Source of the DNA: a virus
Virus record (IMG/VR): IMGVR_UViG_3300028589_000003
Location: 1 to 43,445 of that record
Strand: one strand, 5' to 3'
DNA: 43,445 nt
Of the stretch, positions 7,802-15,504 are shown piece by piece. Under the pieces are notes generated by a model, which saw only the letters and a list, made by a program, of their open reading frames with translations, was not told the DNA's origin and did not search any database. The stretch's first letter is position 1, and each line of letters begins with the position of its first letter. A program made the translations under genes and the position numbers.

Positions 7802-9205
7802 CTACCCATTTTTTCCAATTGCATTGATGAACGACTTTGCCGAGCGTGGGCGCACTGGCTTTTCCTCGGTGTCGCCATAGCGCTTGATGGCCGGAACAAA
7901 CTTGGCGATCTCGCCCCTGAACATCAGCGTGCAGCGGCCTGTTTTCCCGTGGCGGCACTTCGGCACAAAGATCTCCGTATATCCGTCGCGCCCGTCCTCG
8001 GAGTTCTCATCGCGGTGCGCCATGATGATCGTGTCAGCGTCCTGCTCGATGTCGCCACAGTCGCGAAGGTCTGACATTTGCGGCGTCTTGTCGGCGCGGG
8101 ACTCGATGCCTCGGTTGAGCTGGGCCAGGGCGATTACTGGAACCTTCAACTCCTTGGCCAGCGCCTTCATGCCACGGGAAACGACGCCCAGTTCTGCAGC
8201 TCGGTTGAACAGCTTGCTCCCTGGCTCAGATGCCACAAGGCCGATGTAGTCCACCAAGATGGCCTTGAGCGGCTTCACGCGGTGCTGGTACCGGGCAATG
8301 GACGCGATTCGGCTGAACGGCAGTGCAGGCTTCTCGCAGAGCCGGTAATCAGCGTGCTGGATCTTGTTCACGCCTTGGGTGATCAGCGGCCAGTGATCGT
8401 CTGCTGCCTTCTCCGAGCCATCCAGAACGCTTTGGGTGACTTGAGACTGGGCAGCCAAGCAGCGACGAGCCAGTTCGTTGCCCTCCATTTCCAGCGTGAA
8501 CACCAGAACGCCATGGCCTTCGTTGATCGCGATGTTGTCGGCCAGGTTGAGGCCGAGAACCGTCTTGCCGGTACCGGGGCGCCCAGCGATTACCGTGAAG
8601 CTGCCAGGGCGCAGTCGCTTGATGATGCGGTCAAGGTCAGGTAGTCCAAACGTTACGCCTTCTGGTTCGTACTGCTCTTGGCCGGCAGCGTTCGCGCGGT
8701 CCAGTTCATCCACGACCTTCGGCAGCACATCAGACATCAGGATCACATCAGGTCGATCATCCTCGGCATCTAGGCTCATCAGCATTGCCTGGGCGTTGGC
8801 GATCTGCTCCGAGATATTGCCCTTACTCAAGGCAATGTCGCTGATCTCCCACGCGGCCTGCTGGAGCTTGCGAGCCTGGAACCGTTCGCGAACAACCTTG
8901 GCGTACTGCATGGCGTTGGCATACCCCGGCACGTTGCGCTGAATCTCAGCGGCGTAGATCAGGGTTGGTGCACCACTTGGTAGCTCAGCACGGTAATCAC
9001 TGAGGGTGATCACGTCGGGTGAATGGCCCTTAGCGCGTTGAGCCAGGATCATCGAGTACAGCATGGCGTTGTCAGCGTTGAAGAAGTGCTCAGGCAGAAG
9101 GTTGGCGCCGATACGGTCAGCCAAGTCCGCTCTGTGCAATAGAGCACCGATCACGCCGTGCTCAGCTTCCTCAGAAAAAATCGGTCTTTCAGGTGCTTCG
9201 TTCAT
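7802..9205 (-). CDS. dnaB: Replicative DNA helicase DnaB
   Basis: 467 aa. N-terminal EAEHGVIGALL, Walker A GRPGTGKT, plus IALAQLNRGIESR and SDLRDCGDIEQDAD motifs characteristic of the DnaB family. Confidence 0.92.
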   Translation of the reverse strand: MNEAPERPIFSEEAEHGVIGALLHRADLADRIGANLLPEHFFNADNAMLYSMILAQRAKGHSPDVITLSDYRAELPSGAPTLIYAAEIQRNVPGYANAMQYAKVVRERFQARKLQQAAWEISDIALSKGNISEQIANAQAMLMSLDAEDDRPDVILMSDVLPKVVDELDRANAAGQEQYEPEGVTFGLPDLDRIIKRLRPGSFTVIAGRPGTGKTVLGLNLADNIAINEGHGVLVFTLEMEGNELARRCLAAQSQVTQSVLDGSEKAADDHWPLITQGVNKIQHADYRLCEKPALPFSRIASIARYQHRVKPLKAILVDYIGLVASEPGSKLFNRAAELGVVSRGMKALAKELKVPVIALAQLNRGIESRADKTPQMSDLRDCGDIEQDADTIIMAHRDENSEDGRDGYTEIFVPKCRHGKTGRCTLMFRGEIAKFVPAIKRYGDTEEKPVRPRSAKSFINAIGKNG

Positions 9206-9921
9206 ACGCCCAGTACCTTGGCCACGTTCTCAGGTCGAGTCAGGAACTCAAAGTCAGCCTTCCAGCCACGGTCGTTGTTGCCGCGCCAATGCTGGTTCTC
9301 AAGGCAGTCAGTGAAGTAGGCCTTCCAGAAGTCAGCACCCATTTCACGGAATGGGCGCTGGCCACGGATTTTCATATCCATCAGCTTCTTCACGTTGGCC
9401 GCTCGTTTTGGAGTCATCAGCTCAGCGCCCTTGAAGACGCCGCCGCATATCTCTTGGTAGGCCTTCAAGATCTCGTCATTCGACGGTCGGCCATCGTGAT
9501 GGTCGACAAGGGTTTTTTCTTGATTGGTTATTTGATTATTGGTTATTTGATTTGTCGGAGGATTCTCCGAGGTAACCACGGAAGAATTTCCGATCATGCT
9601 CGGAGAAACGTCCGATCTGTTCCACTGCCTGCCCTTCTCAGTGATCCTGATCAGCGTGATTTTCGAGGTGCTGGAAAGTTCGATCACTTCGATCAACTCC
9701 AGCGCCTTGAGAATCCTGTAGGCCGTGTCTGGCTTGTCGGTCAGCAAAGGCAGTTCCTCAACGATTTTTGCTTTGCTGATGGCGTAGAACGTCTTCTGGC
9801 CGACCACGACAGGACGAGCCCAAGACGGTACCTGATAGATGAACGCGAACAGCATGGCCTGCTGGGCGCTCATGCCCCATTCAAGGGCCTTGGTTTGGTT
9901 GATCAGGACCGTGAATTGCAT
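9202..9921 (-). CDS. Replication initiator (lambda O-like / wHTH replication protein)
   Basis: 239 aa immediately upstream of and overlapping dnaB. N-terminal winged-helix-like region (AYRILKALELIEVIEL), then an Asn/Gln/Thr linker encoded by the AT-rich repeats, then a C-terminal domain. Confidence 0.65.
   Translation of the reverse strand: MQFTVLINQTKALEWGMSAQQAMLFAFIYQVPSWARPVVVGQKTFYAISKAKIVEELPLLTDKPDTAYRILKALELIEVIELSSTSKITLIRITEKGRQWNRSDVSPSMIGNSSVVTSENPPTNQITNNQITNQEKTLVDHHDGRPSNDEILKAYQEICGGVFKGAELMTPKRAANVKKLMDMKIRGQRPFREMGADFWKAYFTDCLENQHWRGNNDRGWKADFEFLTRPENVAKVLGV
9519..9552. repeat. Iteron-like tandem repeats inside the initiator gene (candidate ori)
   Basis: GGTTATTTGATT occurs at 9526-9537 and 9541-9552 (15-bp period), with a partial copy TTCTTGATT just upstream. 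This is an AT-rich island in a GC-rich gene. Confidence 0.4.
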
Positions 9922-10139
9922 TTTGCCTTCTCCTGATTCGCCTCAATCCGAGCCAGGGATTGTTCGCGCCCAAACTGATTCATGATCTCGCCAAGCTGAT
10001 CGTCAGTGATAAGGATCGCGAACTTGGCCGCGCTGCCTAGGGCGCCAAAGTGGATTTCGTAGCGCTCTCCGTTCCACTTCAGCTTCACGGTGTCGCGCTT
10101 GTACGTCTTGATCTCCATGCGGTGCTGAGCTTTAGCCAT
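9903..10139 (-). CDS. Hypothetical protein (78 aa)
   Basis: ATG 10139 (MAKAQHRMEIK...) has GGAGGAG 8 nt upstream. Lies between the cro-like gene and the initiator gene. Confidence 0.55.
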   Translation of the reverse strand: MAKAQHRMEIKTYKRDTVKLKWNGERYEIHFGALGSAAKFAILITDDQLGEIMNQFGREQSLARIEANQEKAKCNSRS

Positions 10140-10144
10140 TTCTC

Positions 10145-10345
10145 TCACTCCTCCCCCATCGCCACGAACTCGCTGACCTTCATGTCGAAGGCATCAGCCA
10201 GCTTCTGAAGCGTTGCACCGGTGCACGACTTCTGTGCGGCCAGCTGGCTCAAGCTGGTTTCCCGCATGCCCAGCTTTTCAGCCAGATCCTTTTGGTTCAT
10301 ATCGTGCTGAGCCAGGCACTTCTTAATGCTTTTTCGAAGGTTCAT
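10145..10345 (-). CDS. Cro/XRE-family HTH transcriptional regulator
   Basis: MNLRKSIKKCLAQHDMNQKDLAEKLGMRETSLSQLAAQK... is a classic HTH_3 pattern. ATG 10345 has GGAG 6 nt upstream; the TTG 10384 in the track is less likely. First gene of the leftward operon. Confidence 0.75.
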   Translation of the reverse strand: MNLRKSIKKCLAQHDMNQKDLAEKLGMRETSLSQLAAQKSCTGATLQKLADAFDMKVSEFVAMGEE

Positions 10346-10382
10346 TCGTGTCTCCATTGGTTGATCGTCTGCGATGGAGATC

Positions 10383-10411
10383 AATCTATGTCATCCTGAA
10401 TGAAATTGCAA
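10383..10411 (-). promoter_or_regulatory. Candidate leftward promoter (TTGCAA-N17-TAGATT)
   Basis: Minus-strand -35 TTGCAA (10411-10406) and -10 TAGATT (10388-10383) with a 17-nt spacer. The -35 overlaps the left arm of the inverted repeat. Confidence 0.3.
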
Positions 10412-10463
10412 TGGTACCGAAAAAATATTCGATTTGTCCGTTGACAGATTCGGTACCATTGCA
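10407..10463. promoter_or_regulatory. 15-bp perfect inverted repeat (putative operator pair)
   Basis: tgcaatggtaccgaa (10407-10421) is the exact reverse complement of ttcggtaccattgca (10449-10463). One arm overlaps each divergent promoter. Confidence 0.5.
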
Positions 10464-10469
10464 TAGAGT
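10441..10469 (+). promoter_or_regulatory. Candidate rightward promoter (TTGACA-N17-TAGAGT)
   Basis: Consensus -35 TTGACA at 10441-10446, a 17-nt spacer that is exactly the right IR arm, and -10 TAGAGT at 10464-10469. Confidence 0.45.
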
Positions 10470-10507
10470 TCACCTCAGCAACGCAACACACAAAACGCAG
10501 CTTCACC

Positions 10508-10521
10508 CGCTCTTTATACAA
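10508..10521 (+). promoter_or_regulatory. boxA-like element in the rightward leader
   Basis: CGCTCTTTATACAA compared with the boxA consensus (T/C)GCTCTTTAACAA of rrn and lambdoid nut sites. A short GC hairpin (tccc-gacc-ggga, 10537-10548) follows. Confidence 0.3.
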
Positions 10522-10647
10522 CTCGGCGCAACACCCTCCCGACCGGGAAAGGCAGTTAGCCACCCACATAGCCATGCGGCTCCCTGGGGCTGGCCGTATC
10601 GGCCTCGGTAGGCGGGAGTGATTGCTTTCCTCGGTGCCATTCCATGA

Positions 10648-11226
10648 GTGGCATCAAGGGAAATCAACCAATGTGAGAACTACAAAATGCTGAACATTAA
10701 CGAAGAAGACCTGAAAGCCGCCATAGTCGAGAAAGCTGCTGACGAACTGCTGAGCCGCGACAGTGATCTTCAAGGGCTGGTAGCAAGGGAAGTTAAGTCT
10801 CGCTTAGACAAGATATTTGCCGAGCGAGCAATGGCGCAGGTAGAGAAAGCGATTGACGAGACAGTGCACAACTGTTTCGAGCGTGATTACCAGAAAGTAT
10901 CTTCCTGGGGCCAGCCTGAGGGCGAGCCGACCAGCATCCGCAAGGAGCTGGAGCGAACTGTAAGCGGGTACTGGTCTTCGAAAGTCGATCCGCGCACAGG
11001 GAAGTCTGATGGCGGCTACAACTCTGTCACCCGCGCCGAGTACCTTATGACGCAAATCTGCGCAGAGGACTTCTCGAAAAACATGAGGGAAAGCGCGCTG
11101 AACATCACCGGACACCTGAAAGACGGCCTGCGCAATCAAATGGGAAAGGTAATGGACGACATCCTGGGCGACCTATTCCGCGTCAAGAGCCTGCAAGACC
11201 AAGGCAAGGTCGAAAAACCTTACTGA
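10648..11226 (+). CDS. Hypothetical protein (first rightward gene)
   Basis: 192-aa ORF. The start is ambiguous (GTG 10648 or ATG 10687, both with weak RBS). Charged and helical. AT-richer codons than its neighbours. Confidence 0.6.
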   Translation: MASREINQCENYKMLNINEEDLKAAIVEKAADELLSRDSDLQGLVAREVKSRLDKIFAERAMAQVEKAIDETVHNCFERDYQKVSSWGQPEGEPTSIRKELERTVSGYWSSKVDPRTGKSDGGYNSVTRAEYLMTQICAEDFSKNMRESALNITGHLKDGLRNQMGKVMDDILGDLFRVKSLQDQGKVEKPY

Positions 11227-11233
11227 TTGACTC

Positions 11234-11262
11234 GAAGCCATTGTCGACAGTGGCTTCTTGTG
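11234..11262 (+). terminator. Possible intrinsic terminator/attenuator after the first rightward gene
   Basis: gaagcca-ttgtcgacag-tggcttc gives a 7-bp stem followed by TTGTG, a weak U tract. Confidence 0.3.
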
Positions 11263-11285
11263 AATCGAACGAATGGAGAAATGCT

Positions 11286-11387
11286 ATGTGGATTGTCATC
11301 GCCGGGCTCATCGGATTCGTTTTGGGATTTGCATCTGCGGTCATGTGCATTCCGCCACCTGCTGGATCTGATCGAGATTACGGGTGA
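11286..11387 (+). CDS. Small membrane protein (33 aa)
   Basis: Hand-translated MWIVIAGLIGFVLGFASAVMCIPPPAGSDRDYG. GGAGAA upstream. Replaces the junk-like 88-aa track ORF 11227..11493. Confidence 0.4.
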   Translation: MWIVIAGLIGFVLGFASAVMCIPPPAGSDRDYG

Positions 11388-11392
11388 TCGAA

Positions 11393-11545
11393 ATGACCTG
11401 CCTCCCCCTAGACCTACCCGACGAAACCTACGAATGCCCCTACTGCAAGCAGCAGTGCGGAGGCCCCAACTCCTACCGGCAGCACGTTCTTAGCTGCCAT
11501 CTGAATGAGTATCTGGATCCTGAGCCAGAGACGGAGGATGTATGA
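11393..11545 (+). CDS. Small C2H2-type zinc-finger protein (50 aa)
   Basis: Hand-translated MTCLPLDLPDETYECPYCKQQCGGPNSYRQHVLSCHLNEYLDPEPETEDV with a CxxC...HxxxxH pattern. Its stop forms an ATGA overlap with the next gene's start at 11542. Confidence 0.5.
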   Translation: MTCLPLDLPDETYECPYCKQQCGGPNSYRQHVLSCHLNEYLDPEPETEDV

Positions 11546-11793
11546 GCAAGACCAACGATAGCCCTGCCTTCCCATCGGCTAATAATGTAAGAGCGGGCGA
11601 TATAGTCACTGGCGGCCATTCGGGGATGAGCCTTCGCGATTACTTCGCGGCCAAGGCAGCAAATGGCCTCTGCTCAAACCCAGTATGGCTGCAAGAAAGC
11701 TTCAACACTGTGGGCAGTGATGAGGCCGTTAACTTCGTTGCGGCAGCAGCTTATGAGCTCGCCGACGCCATGCTTGAGGCCCGATCAAAATGA
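11542..11793 (+). CDS. Hypothetical protein
   Basis: 83-aa ORF with coupled overlaps. The SLRDYFAAKA segment is common in small phage proteins. Confidence 0.7.
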   Translation: MSKTNDSPAFPSANNVRAGDIVTGGHSGMSLRDYFAAKAANGLCSNPVWLQESFNTVGSDEAVNFVAAAAYELADAMLEARSK

Positions 11794-12023
11794 ACGAGCA
11801 AACTCGTGAACAAGTGCGCGACCTGATCGAGGCGCGCTTTCTCGCCGTAGCGAACCAGGGCCTTACCTGCTGCCTTCAGCGCGAGATCGAAACCGCTGTC
11901 GACATGGCAGGCCTGTGCGGCGCCATCGACGTTGACGAGCAGCGGTATTTCAAGGAGCGCTTGAATCGGATGATTGAGCGCGATCATGAGCAGTGGCAGG
12001 AATCGAATCGGAGGATTGGGTGA
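11790..12023 (+). CDS. Hypothetical protein
   Basis: 77-aa ORF with an ATGA overlap upstream. Confidence 0.65.
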   Translation: MNEQTREQVRDLIEARFLAVANQGLTCCLQREIETAVDMAGLCGAIDVDEQRYFKERLNRMIERDHEQWQESNRRIG

Positions 12024-12526
12024 TGGAGATTGATTGGAGCAAGGCGCCGGAAGATGCAACTCACTTTGATGCAAGACCACACACAATTGCTTCCTTCATG
12101 CGACTTAAGCAGGGTTCTGGTGATGAGTGGATGTGGTGGAGCCATGGAGGCTGGCAATACTACGGCCAGATTGGCGATACATGCTCAATGACAGAACGAC
12201 CAAAACCATGGAACGGCGAAGGCCTGCCGCCGGTTGGCCTTGAAGTCGAATGGAACCAGGGATCGAATCATGATTGGGTCCGGGTGACCGTGATCGCATA
12301 CTTCAAGCATGAGGCATGGATATCGATCAAGGGTGCCAGCCCAATCACTGTCGGAAATCCGGCGAACTTCAGGCCTAGCCGCACGCCCGAGCAGATCGCA
12401 GAAGAACAGCGCGAACGCGAGTTCGAAGAAATCCGCCACGTCATGGGAATGTTCGATGACTACCGCGATGCGGCAGAAGAATTGCTGAACCGCGGATACC
12501 GCAAGCAGGAAACCAAACCCGAATAA
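12023..12526 (+). CDS. Hypothetical Trp-rich protein (167 aa)
   Basis: ATG 12023 (MEIDWSKAPEDATHF...) overlaps the upstream stop, with GGAGGA 8 nt upstream. Confidence 0.65.
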   Translation: MEIDWSKAPEDATHFDARPHTIASFMRLKQGSGDEWMWWSHGGWQYYGQIGDTCSMTERPKPWNGEGLPPVGLEVEWNQGSNHDWVRVTVIAYFKHEAWISIKGASPITVGNPANFRPSRTPEQIAEEQREREFEEIRHVMGMFDDYRDAAEELLNRGYRKQETKPE

Positions 12527-12538
12527 CCGGAGACGACC

Positions 12539-12775
12539 ATGAAATCACAGGCCACCCGCTACACCCGAAAGGAACTGGCTTACCTGGCGTACTGGGAGGC
12601 CCGTGGTTATCGCTTCAAGCGTGGGCAGAAGCCGCCGCTGAGTACGGATACGCCGCCCGGGTTCGCGGTGAGCAATCCGATTCTGGATGCGCTGTGCGGC
12701 CTGTTCATCATCGTCTTCGTCACCGGCCTGTGCTTCACATGGGTCTACTACGCGGCAGGGCTTCAACATGGCTGA
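12539..12775 (+). CDS. Hypothetical protein with C-terminal transmembrane helix
   Basis: 78 aa. C-terminal LDALCGLFIIVFVTGLCFTWVYYAAGL is hydrophobic. Confidence 0.55.
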   Translation: MKSQATRYTRKELAYLAYWEARGYRFKRGQKPPLSTDTPPGFAVSNPILDALCGLFIIVFVTGLCFTWVYYAAGLQHG

Positions 12776-12941
12776 CCTGACCGTAATCCGAATCATCAAG
12801 CCGCCACACTTCAAATTCCGGCAGTTCTGGATCCTCGCCGAGGTCAAGCAGGCCTTCGGCGACAACTTCGAAAAGCTGCTGATGTTCAACACCAAGGCCG
12901 AGGCTGACAGGGTTCAGCCTGGGTATAACTTCAAGGGGTAA
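12768..12941 (+). CDS. Hypothetical protein (57 aa)
   Basis: Internal ATG 12768 (MADLTVIRIIKPPHF...) of track ORF 12687..12941. The upstream part of the track ORF is an out-of-frame overlap with the preceding gene. Confidence 0.5.
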   Translation: MADLTVIRIIKPPHFKFRQFWILAEVKQAFGDNFEKLLMFNTKAEADRVQPGYNFKG

Positions 12942-12943
12942 TC

Positions 12944-13288
12944 ATGATCCATGGCCGCACCTCCAGCGCGCCTCTGAACAGCCTCGATATCGTCCTCTGC
13001 CTTTCCCTCTCCCTCGCATTCAACAAGACAGCCGACGCGGTACGCCGAACGGCTATGCGAATCCGCGGGAAATCGCCATACGAGCACCAGCCCAAACTGG
13101 CAAAGCTCGCCCGAGCAGAGGACGACGAGGTTCTACGCGCCGTATTCGAAATGCTCGACAAGACCGTGGCGCTGACCAGCGATGCCGCTCCAGAAGCGCC
13201 ACGATGCCACATGAAACCAATGCGCTTTGCAGGCTACATGTACTACTGCCAGCACTGTTCGCATACCAAGCCGAGAACACTGGGATGA
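12944..13288 (+). CDS. Hypothetical protein with C-terminal Cys/His cluster
   Basis: 114-aa ORF ending ...CHMKPMRFAGYMYYCQHCSH.... Its stop overlaps the recT start. Confidence 0.5.
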   Translation: MIHGRTSSAPLNSLDIVLCLSLSLAFNKTADAVRRTAMRIRGKSPYEHQPKLAKLARAEDDEVLRAVFEMLDKTVALTSDAAPEAPRCHMKPMRFAGYMYYCQHCSHTKPRTLG

Positions 13289-14211
13289 GCCAAGCCCTTC
13301 AAACAATCGCTCAGGACATCTACGGGGCGCGAGATTCGTTCGCGTCCGTCCTGACCGACCGATCACTCAGTTTCGAGCGAGAAGCTGAATTCGCAATCCA
13401 GACGCTGACCGGCAACGACTACGCGATGAAGATCGCCATGCAAAACCGGCAGTCGGTCTTCAACGCAGTGACCAACATCGCGGCAATCGGCATCAGCCTT
13501 AACCCGGCGAAGCGCCAGGCCTATCTGGTGCCGCGTGACGGCAAGATCTGCCTGGACATCAGCTACATGGGCCTGATGGACCTCGCAATGGCCACAGGAG
13601 CGATTTTGTGGGCACAGGCTGAGCTTGTGTATGCCCAAGACTCTTTCGCTCTCAACGGCTTCGACAAGCCGCCTACGCACTCATACAACCCGTTCAGCGC
13701 TGACCGCGGCGATATCGTCGGCGTGTACGTGGTCGTGAAGACTGCCGACGGCGACTACCTGACCACCTGCATGAGCCGCGCAGACATCGACGCGATCATG
13801 AACCGGTCGCAGTCGGTTAAGTCTGGCAAGTCGTCGCCATGGAAAACCGACTACGGCGAGATGGCCAAGAAGACCGTCGTCAAGCGCGCCTACAAGTACT
13901 GGCCAAAGACTGACCGCCTCGACAAGGCCATTCACCACCTGAACACCGACAGCGGTGAAGGCCTGGCAACACTGGCGCCACAAGGGCCTAGCCAGCTGGC
14001 CGAGCAGTGGATTCAGCAGGCGGCTGAGTGTACGACTCTCGACGCCCTGGCCAGCATCTGGCGCCAAGGCGTGCCAGCGTTCAAGCAGGCAAACGACATG
14101 GCCGGCGCCAACCAGTTCAAGGCCTTCGTTGAGAAACGCCGCGAACACCTTAAAACCCAAGCTGAACAGCAGGCGCCAATCGAAGGCGAAATCTTGGAGA
14201 GCGAAGAATGA
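13285..14211 (+). CDS. recT: RecT-family single-strand annealing protein
   Basis: 308 aa from ATG 13285 (ATGA overlap). The blocks NPAKRQAYLVPRDGK, SYMGLMDLA and VVKRAYKYWPK are typical of RecT. Confidence 0.85.
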   Translation: MSQALQTIAQDIYGARDSFASVLTDRSLSFEREAEFAIQTLTGNDYAMKIAMQNRQSVFNAVTNIAAIGISLNPAKRQAYLVPRDGKICLDISYMGLMDLAMATGAILWAQAELVYAQDSFALNGFDKPPTHSYNPFSADRGDIVGVYVVVKTADGDYLTTCMSRADIDAIMNRSQSVKSGKSSPWKTDYGEMAKKTVVKRAYKYWPKTDRLDKAIHHLNTDSGEGLATLAPQGPSQLAEQWIQQAAECTTLDALASIWRQGVPAFKQANDMAGANQFKAFVEKRREHLKTQAEQQAPIEGEILESEE

Positions 14212-14846
14212 AACTTATAGATCTTTCCGGGCAGAAATTTGGAAGGCTATACGTTGCTTCCCTTAGCCCGGAAAGGTCGAAGGCCAAGGGCGCCCAGTTC
14301 AACTGTATATGTGATTGCGGCACGGAAAAATTGATCCTTGGCTCTCATCTTCGCCTTGGCAGAGTTGTCTCTTGCGGATGCGCGAGAAGGGAACGGCTAG
14401 CCACATCGGGGATTAAGCACGGAATGTGCGGAACCGGGGCATGGCACAGCTGGCGCGACATGATGAAGCGCTGCTACTCCCAAAAGTCAGCCCATTACCA
14501 CCATTACGGCGGCAGAGGAATTGAGGTTTGCCAGGAATGGCGTTCCTTTGAGGGCTTCCACAAAAGCATGGGTGACCGACCGATAGGAATGTCGATCGAG
14601 AGAGAGGACGTGGATGGCAACTACGAGCCAGGCAACTGCAAATGGATACCTCTGAGCAATCAGCAGGAGAACAAAAGGAACAGCCTGTTCGTAGTGCTCG
14701 ATGGTGAGCGTATGTGTCTATCTGTCGCATGCAAGAAATTGGGAATTAGCTATCAGCGGACCAGAGACAGAATTAAGAAGCTCGGATGGGACTTTGAGAA
14801 AGCCATCAGCGAGCCAAAGAAAATTAACGGAGAAATCTACGCATGA
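14208..14846 (+). CDS. Endonuclease-like / DNA-binding protein of a family usually annotated as phage homing or HNH-like endonuclease
   Basis: 212 aa. N-terminal GQKFGRLYV...CICDCG...SCGC Cys cluster, then YGGRGIEVCQEWRSFEGF...NYEPGNCKWIPLSNQQENKRN. AT-richer codons than the flanking recT and exo genes. Confidence 0.55.
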   Translation: MKLIDLSGQKFGRLYVASLSPERSKAKGAQFNCICDCGTEKLILGSHLRLGRVVSCGCARRERLATSGIKHGMCGTGAWHSWRDMMKRCYSQKSAHYHHYGGRGIEVCQEWRSFEGFHKSMGDRPIGMSIEREDVDGNYEPGNCKWIPLSNQQENKRNSLFVVLDGERMCLSVACKKLGISYQRTRDRIKKLGWDFEKAISEPKKINGEIYA

Positions 14847-15502
14847 GACTTATCCAGTGCGCCCAAGGCGAAGAAGCTTGGCATCAGCTGAGATCAGGCC
14901 GCTGTACGGCCTCCCGTTTCTTTGAGGCAAGGTCAAAACTCACAAGGGCTAGCAAAAACGGATCTGCTGGTGATCCATCTGGCGATGCAATTTCTTACGC
15001 ATGGTCTGTCGCCATCGAGCGAGTGTTTGGATCTACCATCGACATCAATCAGCAGTCGGCTGCAATGCGCAGAGGTACGGAGTTAGAGCCCCACGCCCGC
15101 CTGGCCTACGAGTGCGAAACCGGATACCTGGCCTCCGAGTCCGGAATCTGCGTCTCAGACTGCGAGCGCTTTGCGTATTCGTCTGACGGCCTCATCGATG
15201 ATGACGGCATGATCGAGATCAAGTGCCCAGCGGCTCCGGCCAAGATCGGCGCAATCTGGTCGTCTCCTGAAACCGCCGCGGCTGAATACATCGACCAGAT
15301 CCAGGGCGGAATGTGGATCACGGGCCGCAAGTGGTGCGACTTCATCATGTACTGCCCTTGGCTTGAGCCAGTCGGCAAAGATCTGTTCGTCCAGCGAATC
15401 CACCGAGACGAGGCCTACATCGGCGATCTCGAAGCCGACCTTCTGTCGTTCTGGCAGATGGTCGAGAAGTTCGAAGGCGTGCTGCGCAAGCCGAAGGAGT
15501 AA
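14843..15502 (+). CDS. YqaJ/lambda-exonuclease-like recombination exonuclease
   Basis: 219 aa. PD-(D/E)XK core SSDGLIDDDGMIEIKCP. Partner of recT. Confidence 0.8.
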   Translation: MRLIQCAQGEEAWHQLRSGRCTASRFFEARSKLTRASKNGSAGDPSGDAISYAWSVAIERVFGSTIDINQQSAAMRRGTELEPHARLAYECETGYLASESGICVSDCERFAYSSDGLIDDDGMIEIKCPAAPAKIGAIWSSPETAAAEYIDQIQGGMWITGRKWCDFIMYCPWLEPVGKDLFVQRIHRDEAYIGDLEADLLSFWQMVEKFEGVLRKPKE

Positions 15503-15504
15503 GC

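Noticed and set aside
7635-7958. N-terminal extension of ORF 7332..7958, overlapping the dnaB 3' end.
   Set aside because: The extension overlaps dnaB and a plausible 50-aa membrane ORF, and it is Arg/Pro/His-rich. The in-frame GTG 7634 with GAGGAAAT is a better start.
10348-10611. Track ORFs inside the control region: 10348-10611 (+, 87 aa) and 10381-10575 (-, 64 aa).
   Set aside because: They overlap the predicted divergent promoters, the operator repeat and the leader. They have no RBS and implausible composition. The region is better read as regulatory.
11227-11493. 88-aa track ORF (MTRSHCRQWLL...).
   Set aside because: Junk-like Arg/Pro/Leu composition. The same interval is better explained by two coupled mini-ORFs in another frame: a 33-aa TM peptide with an RBS, and a 50-aa C2H2 zinc finger whose stop overlaps the next start.
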